Assembly (NCBI GenBank): GCA_043822925.1
Contig: JBDRBF010000033.1
Span: forward strand, 1 to 14,174
DNA length: 14,174 nt
Source: a bacterium
Lineage (GTDB): Bacteria > Babelota > Babeliae > Babelales > RVW-14
Reading direction: 5' to 3'
Below are positions 7,379-14,174 of the stretch, piece after piece. The number at the start of each line of letters is the position of its first letter. Position 1 is the first letter of the stretch. The translations under genes were made by a program, and so were the position numbers. The notes below the pieces were generated by a model that worked only from the letters and a program-made list of their open reading frames with translations, did no database searches and was not told where the DNA came from.

Positions 7379-7750
7379 ATGACGAAAAAAATACAAGTTC
7401 TTGAAACTAAACATTATTTATCTCAATTGTCAGCTTTTATACACAAAGGGATAAATAAAGAAGAATTCCGAGAAGGGATTAAAGAAACTATCTCCGAAAA
7501 TCCACTTATTGGTGACGTCATACCCAGAACAGGCGGCGTGCGCAAAGTGCGTTACGCTATGCCTGGAAAAGGTAAGCGTGGTGAATTTAGAATAATTTAT
7601 TATTTTTATGATGAAATCAATCCTGTTTTTTTGATAACAATATATCCAAAATCTAAAGCTGAAAATATAACGCCTAAAGAAGAAAAGCTCTTCGCTGAGG
7701 CTGTAAGACAGTTAAAAAGTAGTTTTAAAAACACAAGGTACAATATATGA
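7379..7750 (+). CDS. higB: Type II TA toxin, RelE/ParE superfamily, HigB2-like
   Basis: NPLIGDVIPRTGGVRKVR...GKGKRGEFRIIYYF...VFLITIYPKS..ENIT; toxin-first order and ATGA overlap with the antitoxin. Confidence 0.9.
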   Translation: MTKKIQVLETKHYLSQLSAFIHKGINKEEFREGIKETISENPLIGDVIPRTGGVRKVRYAMPGKGKRGEFRIIYYFYDEINPVFLITIYPKSKAENITPKEEKLFAEAVRQLKSSFKNTRYNI

Positions 7751-8169
7751 GAAAATTTGTAAAAGACGTTCTTACTGGGTTTGAAGACGCTATAGCTTAT
7801 GCACAGGGAGATAAAAGCAGAGGGGTACTGACAACAATCACCATTCCAGATATTGATGTAAAATCTATTCGTAAAAAAACAGGCCTAACACAAGAAGCAT
7901 TTTCTCGCCTATTTGCAATCAAAACTCGCACGTTGCAAGATTGGGAACAAAATAGAAGAAAACCTGAGGCATCTGCACGTATATTTTTACTTTTAATTGA
8001 TCGACATCCTTCGACGATAAGAAAAACACTAAAATCATTCGGTTATTCTTTAGAAACGAGAAAGCCATCAAAAGCTAAAACCAAGACATTACGAAAGCCA
8101 TCTAAAAAATTTATCGACCCAATCACACCAAAAAACAAGCCGATTAAGATAGCCTTGAAAAAGAAGTAA
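7747..8169 (+). CDS. higA: Type II TA antitoxin, HigA2-like XRE HTH with basic C-terminal extension
   Basis: DIDVKSIRKKTGLTQEAFSRLFAIKTRTLQDWEQNRRKPEASARIFLLLIDRHP; translationally coupled to the toxin. Confidence 0.9.
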   Translation: MRKFVKDVLTGFEDAIAYAQGDKSRGVLTTITIPDIDVKSIRKKTGLTQEAFSRLFAIKTRTLQDWEQNRRKPEASARIFLLLIDRHPSTIRKTLKSFGYSLETRKPSKAKTKTLRKPSKKFIDPITPKNKPIKIALKKK

Positions 8170-8174
8170 TAACT

Positions 8175-8217
8175 AAAAAATCTGGGGTTGCCGGCAACCA
8201 TAACAACCGTGCAACCC
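8175..8217. terminator. Possible terminator hairpin between convergent genes
   Basis: GGGTTGC (8185-8191) pairs with GCAACCC (8211-8217); alternative palindrome GGTTGCCGGCAACC (8186-8199); A6 at 8175-8180 gives a U-tract on the minus strand. Confidence 0.4.
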
Positions 8218-8235
8218 TCTATTTCAAATCTTGTT

Positions 8236-8814
8236 TTAGTTAATTTTTATCTTACCAAATTGTTCGATTAATTCTTGCATCTCGATTTGTGCCTGAAAAA
8301 TATTTTTAATACCAATATTTGTTGCGTATCCTGAAGCCAGCTTGAGTTGCGTGAGCGTGCAAACAATTATCGATTCAAACAAATATTTAAAAACTTCAAA
8401 ATGCCCTTTCTTTGCAGCTTTAAACGCTGTTTCAGGCGCATAGCCACCACCTTGGCAAGAACGAAATTTTTCTCTAATTTCTTGATTATTAAGAAGACAT
8501 TTAACAATATCCAAATAGCCCTTTACAGCAGCTGTCCGAACAGCTTTAACAGCCACACCGCCTGACTTAAAAGTAATAAATTCACCTCTAATTTTGGCAT
8601 CACTAAAAAGCGCTTTAAATTTTTCTAGATTACCCGTTACTATAGCATCATTAAGATCTGAACTATCTAAAACAGACAGATTCTTATCATCCCAAGAGCC
8701 AACAATTTCCCCGCATAAATGAGTAACGCTACTAAGCAACACAAATGCCAGAAGCACACACAAATTTATTTTTCTATAATTGTTCAAAGCAAGACATCTT
8801 GCAACAATTTCCAT
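8236..8814 (-). CDS. Ankyrin-like repeat protein with signal peptide
   Basis: 192 aa, GGGGGGA RBS. AIVTGNLEKFKALF, AAVKGYLDIVKCLL and AAKKGHFEVFKYLF at 38-aa spacing. Confidence 0.85.
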   Translation of the reverse strand: MEIVARCLALNNYRKINLCVLLAFVLLSSVTHLCGEIVGSWDDKNLSVLDSSDLNDAIVTGNLEKFKALFSDAKIRGEFITFKSGGVAVKAVRTAAVKGYLDIVKCLLNNQEIREKFRSCQGGGYAPETAFKAAKKGHFEVFKYLFESIIVCTLTQLKLASGYATNIGIKNIFQAQIEMQELIEQFGKIKIN

Positions 8815-8868
8815 GACAAATCCCCCCCTAACATAAACTCCGTACTTGTCCTCCTTCCATTACATAAA

Positions 8869-8898
8869 AACGTACAAAAAACCAACATAAATTGTCAA
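8869..8898 (-). promoter_or_regulatory. Putative sigma70 promoter
   Basis: Consensus TTGACA (8898-8893)-18 nt-TACGTT (8874-8869). Confidence 0.5.
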
Positions 8899-8922
8899 TA
8901 AAAGGCCCCAATTCCATTGGAA

Positions 8923-9420
8923 TTAATAAGGCGACCCACCCAAAAGCTTTTTACAAATAGCTTTGGCCCCCTCAGTAGTATTGCACACAAGAATTTCTTC
9001 TAACGTAAACCAATGGCCTGCCTCAACTTCAGCTTCAGCAGGTACAACATTCTCGTTATCTGCTTGCAGGTAATACAAAAAATCGTAATGTAAATGCGCA
9101 GGTTTTTGGCCATGAGCCGGTATTTGCTCATGAAGTACAGCTATAGGCGTTGGAATTTGTATCTCTTGAGAGCCAGCAGGCAAACAAAGGTCACCTAACG
9201 GGTCAATAATTTGAGCACGCACACCCGTTTCTTCAAAAATTTCCCGTACGACAGCGTCATGTGGCAATTCGCCCAAATCAACGTGCCCCCCAGGAGGCAA
9301 TAAAAGTTGTAATTTATTATGAAAAATAAATAAAATTTTATCGCCACCTTTATTACGTACAAAACCAGTTGCCGTATAATGGGACTCTAAATTATGGTTA
9401 TCTTGAAATTTTATCGACAT
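8923..9420 (-). CDS. Nudix hydrolase
   Basis: Nudix box GGHVDLGELPHDAVVREIFEETGV, N-terminal HYTATGFV and HLHYDFLY. GAGGA RBS supports ATG 9420 rather than 9447. Confidence 0.92.
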   Translation of the reverse strand: MSIKFQDNHNLESHYTATGFVRNKGGDKILFIFHNKLQLLLPPGGHVDLGELPHDAVVREIFEETGVRAQIIDPLGDLCLPAGSQEIQIPTPIAVLHEQIPAHGQKPAHLHYDFLYYLQADNENVVPAEAEVEAGHWFTLEEILVCNTTEGAKAICKKLLGGSPY

Positions 9421-9559
9421 GTAATATTCCTCAAAAATTTGGCCCATTTATTACGTATGTTTTTTACGCTGCTTACTATGCCAAATAAATTAAAGGCTGT
9501 TAAGCCCAAGTAAACCGTATCTCAACATGAAACGCCTAAATTCTCCTGCCAGCCAGACT

Positions 9560-9613
9560 TAAAAACTCAATCTTGTGTAAAAACTCAATTTTGTTGTAAA
9601 ACCACTATATTTT
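9560..9613 (+). repeat. 18-19 bp tandem repeats upstream of the second ATPase
   Basis: TAAAAACTCAATCTTGTG (9560), TAAAAACTCAATTTTGTTG (9578) and a degenerate TAAAACCACTATATTTT (9597). Confidence 0.7.
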
Positions 9614-9635
9614 TCACTATCCTTAGAAAACGACC

Positions 9636-11009
9636 ATGAAGAGAATTATAGATGCTTATCTTACTCAATGGAAAACTGATTTAAACCGAAAACCCCTTTT
9701 ACTCAGGGGCGCACGCCAAGTTGGTAAAACCCATGCCGTACGAGAACTTGGTAAAACCTTTGACCATTTTATAGAGATCAACTTTGAACGAAATCAACGC
9801 GCACTTGCAATCTTTGATAACGATAAAAGCCTAGACCCAAAACGCATACTACAAGACATTTTTGCCCTTCTAAATAATGAACAAGATGCGAAAAGTGAAA
9901 AAATTATTCCAGGATGAACATTACTTTTCTTTGATGAAATTCAAATCTCGCCCAGAGCAATTACTGCGCTGCGTTATTTTCATGAAGAAAAGCCAGAACT
10001 CCATGTCATAGCAGCAGGCTCTTTATTGGATTTTGCAATCGAACAAATTGGCATCCCCGTCGGCAGAATTCGCTCACTCTATATGTACCCATTATCTTTT
10101 ATCGAGTTTTTGGTTGCATTGGGTAAAAAAAAGATCGTTGAGCAATTATTAGAAAAACGAGAAATATCTAACTTCGTCTATAGTGCAGGGGGACATGCAG
10201 ATTTACTCGATATGGTTGGCAAGTATTTGGCCGTTGGCGGCATGCCTGAATCTGTCAATCAATGGATAAAAACAGGAAATATAAACGAATGCCTCATGGT
10301 ACACCAGGATATTATTGATACTTATCAACAAGATTTTGGCAAATACGCAAAAGCACCACAAATTGACCATGTTGCACGCATTTTCATGAACATCCCTCAT
10401 CAACTTGGTGGTAAATTTAAGTATACAGTTATTGAGGGCGATTACCGGAAACGCGAACTGGCGCCAGCACTTGATTTACTCAGAACAGCCGGCATTGTCC
10501 ACAAAATTTTTCATACAGCAGCCCAAGGTATCCCACTGGGAGCAGAAGTAGACCTAGAATTTTATAAAACAATATTAATGGATATTGCCATAAGCCAAAA
10601 AGTTTTGGGATTAGAAACTGGATCCTGGATCTTAGAACCTTTACAAAATTTTACAAATAAAGGTGCAGTGGTTGAAGCTTTTGTTGGCCAAGAAATTTTA
10701 GCGTATGCCGATCCGCGTCAAAAAACACAACTTTATTACTGGCAACGTATGGCTAAAAACAGCACCGCTGAAGTTGATTATCTGCTACAAGATCAAGAAA
10801 CCATAATTCCTATCGAAGTAAAAAGTGGACATAGCACAACGCTCAGAAGCCTAAACATGTTTTTAGAACTGCATGCCCGATCATCATACGGAGTACGCTT
10901 TTCTGCGCAAAACTATTCGGTACATGAACAAATCCATTCATACCCCCTGTACGCCGTATCTCAGGTTGCATTGCAAAATAAAGAGATTGTACTTAAAGCG
11001 CTTATCTAA
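9636..11009 (+). pseudogene. AAA_14+DUF4143 ATPase paralog interrupted by one in-frame TGA (9915-9917)
   Basis: ORFs 9636..9917 and 10026..11009 share a frame. The gap translates IIPG*TLLFFDEIQISPRAITALRYFHEEKPELHVIAAGSLL, matching IIPGKTLLFLDEIQ... of the intact paralog. Confidence 0.85.
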
Positions 11010-11032
11010 TCTTTATTACGAGAGATAAATTT

Positions 11033-11791
11033 TCATGCACGTTTTGATAAAAGTTCAGAGATAGTCACAAAACGATACCCCTGTTTCTGTAACTTTTTAA
11101 TAATAATATCTGTTGCTATAACTGTTTGGCTTCTATCACCACCACCATCATGCAACAAAATAATAGATCCAGAACGAACATTCTTAATAACATTTTTTAC
11201 TATTTTAGAAACACCAGGACGGCTCCAATCCCACGCAACAACATCAAATAAAATATGCGGGCGTTTTTTTTCAGCAAGCACTTTAGCTAAATTTATAAAT
11301 TTCAGCCCCTTAGGAGCTCTAAAATATATCGGCCCTGTATACCCCAAATCTCGCAACAATAAATCTGTCGAATTAATTTGCTCACGTATAAACCTACACG
11401 ATTTGCCAACAAGAACTTTGTGCGACCATGTATGGTTCCCAAGCTCATGCCCCGCACCATATATCTCTTTAGTAATATCTGGAAACTGTTGAGCATATGC
11501 TCCAACAACAAAAAAAGTTGCTTTAATATGATGTTCTTTTAAAACATCCAAAACTTGATTGGTAAAAGGGCTATTCGGCCCATCATCAAACGTTAACGCA
11601 ACAACTTTTTCTTTTGTCTTAACTCGATTAATAGACGTGCCAATAAGTTGCGACGAATTAGGAATAATCAACCAGCCAATCATTGTAACGGTAGAAACAA
11701 TTCCAAACAATGCCGACAAAAGTATCGACCCACTGCGCAAGCCGTATACGCAACGATCAGAAACATGTTTCTTATTTTTTATATTGCTCAT
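11033..11791 (-). CDS. Membrane-anchored polysaccharide/peptidoglycan deacetylase (CE4, NodB homology); start uncertain
   Basis: VALTFDDGP, GNHTWSH, FRAPKG, AWDW and IILLHD motifs; N-terminal TM. ATG 11791 minimises overlap with the upstream gene. Confidence 0.9.
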   Translation of the reverse strand: MSNIKNKKHVSDRCVYGLRSGSILLSALFGIVSTVTMIGWLIIPNSSQLIGTSINRVKTKEKVVALTFDDGPNSPFTNQVLDVLKEHHIKATFFVVGAYAQQFPDITKEIYGAGHELGNHTWSHKVLVGKSCRFIREQINSTDLLLRDLGYTGPIYFRAPKGLKFINLAKVLAEKKRPHILFDVVAWDWSRPGVSKIVKNVIKNVRSGSIILLHDGGGDRSQTVIATDIIIKKLQKQGYRFVTISELLSKRA

Positions 11792-12089
11792 GTAGGGGGA
11801 CGCACTTCTGGGCTTTTTGCCACAAATCGATAAATAAAGCAATTTCATCATGTGTGAAAACTTCCTGATCACCATAAGCATCTTTTACGAGAAAACCCTC
11901 TGGACATCTTTTGATAATGCATTCTTTATCTATAAGTTCTTCCATTTTTTTATCCAAGAAGATTTTTTTAAACAGCGGGAAACAATCAGTATATTCATCT
12001 TCAATACACCAAAATTCCCCAACTCTTGTCGTTTCGTCCGGATTACTAAGCGCTTCATTGATATCAGCTCTTAATTCTTTTACTTCCAT
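11772..12089 (-). CDS. Small acidic hypothetical protein (105 aa)
   Basis: GGAG RBS at 12098-12095 before ATG 12089; fills the gap between co-oriented genes. Confidence 0.75.
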   Translation of the reverse strand: MEVKELRADINEALSNPDETTRVGEFWCIEDEYTDCFPLFKKIFLDKKMEELIDKECIIKRCPEGFLVKDAYGDQEVFTHDEIALFIDLWQKAQKCVPLHEQYKK

Positions 12090-12155
12090 GATTACTCCAT
12101 AAATTTTAACACAAGAATTTTTAATCAAGCAACGTACCAAACGTTCTTTTTATTA

Positions 12156-14075
12156 TCATATTTCACTCTCTTCGCACCGTCCACCCAAATGCTTGGCCAA
12201 GAATTTCTCAGCGATAGCATAAAACTTCAGGCGATTCTCAGGTTTGGCAAAACCGTGCCCTTCGTCAGGAAACAGAACATATTCATAAGGCAAGCCCTTG
12301 GCCGCCATAGCCGCAATAATTTGCCCTGACTCAGTTTGCTTAACGCGTGGGTCATTCGCGCCCTGGCCAATAAGAACAGGTCTTTTTATGTTTCCAATTT
12401 TATAAAGCGGCGAGCGGGATTTCAGAAAATCTTCATCACTTAAATTTCCCACACGCTGTTCCCATTGCGTCATAGACCAATAGGGCGGCATCGTTTGAAG
12501 AAACGTTTTTAAATCACTTACACCACATACATCAACCGCGCAACAAAACAAATCTGGCGTAGCCGTTACACCCGTAAGCGCTGCATAGCCACCGTATGAA
12601 CAGCCATAGATAGCAACACGACTTTTATCTGCAATGCCCTGATTAATAGCCCACTGAACTGCGTCAACCAGATCGTCATGCATTTTGGCGCCCCACTCTT
12701 TATTTCCTGCTGCCAAAAAAGATTTGCCATACCCACTAGAACCCCGAAAATTTATCTGCAAACAGGCATACCCACGGCTAGCCAGCCACTGTACCGCTGA
12801 ATCACAACCCCAACTATCCCGCGCAAACGGGCCACCATGAACAAGTAACACGAATGGGACATTTTGCTTTTTGCCATCAACTGGGTACGTCAAATACCCA
12901 TGTAATTTCAAACCATCACGTGAAGCAAACCCAACAGGCTCCATAGGCGCAAGCTTATATTCGTCAAGCTTTGGTCTTGTACAAAACAAAAATGTTACCT
13001 GCTTGGTATCGCAATCATACAAATAAAAATCAGACGATTTTATGTCATATCGATAGCCAAGTACCCACTTATTCCGGTCGTTATTCCTATGAATAAACCA
13101 CAGGTCTCCATTACTTATAGATTGCGCTTTTTGATATTTTTTTTTTGCTGATTCATCAAGCACCTGGGCAACAAGCCGATCTTTTTCCCACTGCACAATC
13201 TCTGGTTCGTACGTCTGGCTATTAAAAACAACCCAAGAAATATCATATTCAGGATCACCAGCCAAAACAATATATGTTTTCGTCTGAGGATCAAACTTCA
13301 GCAAGCGCCGCGTATCGGCATCAATCGAACTGTTAAGATACAAATACTTGCCATCACGCGAAAATTTAAGAAGCCCAGAATATAATTCGTCATACAGAGC
13401 ATCTTCAAAATCGACAGTCAATATAGAACGCCAATCATCAGTACTATACTCACGATATAACAATTCTTGTCTGCCATCAGGAAGCGTCCGAACCGCAGCT
13501 CTAACCTGAAGTTGTGAATCAGCAAGCCAGCTCACAACATGGCCAGGATTTTTAGCAACAAGCGTAATGGCCCCTGAATTTAAATCAAGCGTATATGCAT
13601 CAAAAAATTGTGGATTTTCTTTATTCATTGTGATTACAATTTTATCCAAAACATACATATCCTGGGCAAGAAAATTTGCTTGGACGCCCGCAAACGGCGT
13701 CAAGTCATCTATTTTATCTGTATCCAAAGTCACCCGATAAATATGATAGTTTTCATCGCCATTTGCGTCTTGACGATACAAGATAGAGGTGCTATCTGGC
13801 GCCCAGTAACAGGAATAAATTCCACGCTTAGTTTCTCGCGTGACTGGCCGGGCATCGTTTTTGCCAATGGTCTTAACCCACACATTAAGCACGCCACTGG
13901 CCGGAGCGCGATAAGACAATCTTGTTCCATCAGGTGAGATCATGGGATAAAATTTTTCTGGATTACCAAAAAGTACTTCACGGGAAATAAGGGGACTTTG
14001 CGCTGCACTATCTTTTGTCGTCGATTGCCCACAACCAGCACATAACAAACAAAAAACTAACAGATAACGATGCAT
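12156..14075 (-). CDS. S9 family serine peptidase (dipeptidyl/acylaminoacyl peptidase), lipoprotein
   Basis: Lipobox-like LCAGC; PLISREVLFGNPE; beta-propeller region; VHGGP; catalytic triad GCSYGG / GANDPRV / DEGHG. Confidence 0.95.
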   Translation of the reverse strand: MHRYLLVFCLLCAGCGQSTTKDSAAQSPLISREVLFGNPEKFYPMISPDGTRLSYRAPASGVLNVWVKTIGKNDARPVTRETKRGIYSCYWAPDSTSILYRQDANGDENYHIYRVTLDTDKIDDLTPFAGVQANFLAQDMYVLDKIVITMNKENPQFFDAYTLDLNSGAITLVAKNPGHVVSWLADSQLQVRAAVRTLPDGRQELLYREYSTDDWRSILTVDFEDALYDELYSGLLKFSRDGKYLYLNSSIDADTRRLLKFDPQTKTYIVLAGDPEYDISWVVFNSQTYEPEIVQWEKDRLVAQVLDESAKKKYQKAQSISNGDLWFIHRNNDRNKWVLGYRYDIKSSDFYLYDCDTKQVTFLFCTRPKLDEYKLAPMEPVGFASRDGLKLHGYLTYPVDGKKQNVPFVLLVHGGPFARDSWGCDSAVQWLASRGYACLQINFRGSSGYGKSFLAAGNKEWGAKMHDDLVDAVQWAINQGIADKSRVAIYGCSYGGYAALTGVTATPDLFCCAVDVCGVSDLKTFLQTMPPYWSMTQWEQRVGNLSDEDFLKSRSPLYKIGNIKRPVLIGQGANDPRVKQTESGQIIAAMAAKGLPYEYVLFPDEGHGFAKPENRLKFYAIAEKFLAKHLGGRCEESEI

Positions 14076-14138
14076 ACGATTTCCTAAATAATTATTTTTA
14101 AATCTTTTTGCTCAGTTTTTTCTTTTCATACTTCGGTA

Positions 14139-14149
14139 ATTATAACACA
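14139..14149 (-). promoter_or_regulatory. Extended -10 promoter (TGTGtTATAAT) for the peptidase operon
   Basis: Matches TRTGnTATAAT consensus about 65 nt upstream of ATG 14075. Confidence 0.55.
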
Positions 14150-14174
14150 ATCCGTGCAAATTCACTTTTGAAAG

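Noticed and set aside
7188-7382. 64-aa ORF bridging the YjzC-like gene and higB
   Set aside because: TTG start without a clear RBS, runs through palindromes and the probable TA promoter, and has no recognisable motif; not excluded but unsupported.
9915-9917. Selenocysteine or genetic code 4/25 reassignment of TGA
   Set aside because: The position aligns with a non-catalytic Lys, no SECIS-like hairpin is evident, and TGA terminates several other genes, some in ATGA overlaps.
2851-11009. Composite transposon formed by the two inverted ATPase genes
   Set aside because: No transposase or integrase motifs, no terminal inverted repeats seen, and the copies are highly diverged at the DNA level.
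11792-11881. Longer N-terminus of the deacetylase given in the ORF track
   Set aside because: Would overlap the upstream RBS-supported gene by about 110 nt; a later start is more plausible.
413-13937. Remaining short alternative-frame or antisense ORFs (e.g. 413..673, 743..1030, 5276..5680, 11559..11795, 13608..13937)
   Set aside because: All are nested in well-supported longer genes and show no motifs or RBS.

Overview
AT-rich bacterial accessory region read with genetic code 11 (TGA ends several genes). The gene content suggests an intracellular parasite of protists, most plausibly Candidatus Dependentiae/Babelota (TM6); this is an inference. The window holds several signal-peptide-bearing orphan proteins, two paralogous 38-aa-repeat ankyrin-like proteins, and an AAA+ ATPase that closely resembles eukaryotic mitochondrial ATAD3, translationally coupled to a membrane protein. 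There are two divergently oriented AAA_14+DUF4143 ATPase/nuclease-fold paralogs, each with a short tandem repeat array in front; the second is broken by a single in-frame TGA. Also present are a YjzC-like Zn-ribbon gene, a HigB2/HigA2-type toxin-antitoxin pair, a Nudix hydrolase, a CE4 polysaccharide deacetylase, a small acidic orphan and an S9 lipoprotein peptidase. No rRNA, tRNA, CRISPR array, transposase or integrase was seen. Best leads: the ATAD3-like operon as a possible host-mitochondrion-directed system, the repeat-preceded DUF4143 ATPases, and the 38-aa ankyrin variant.
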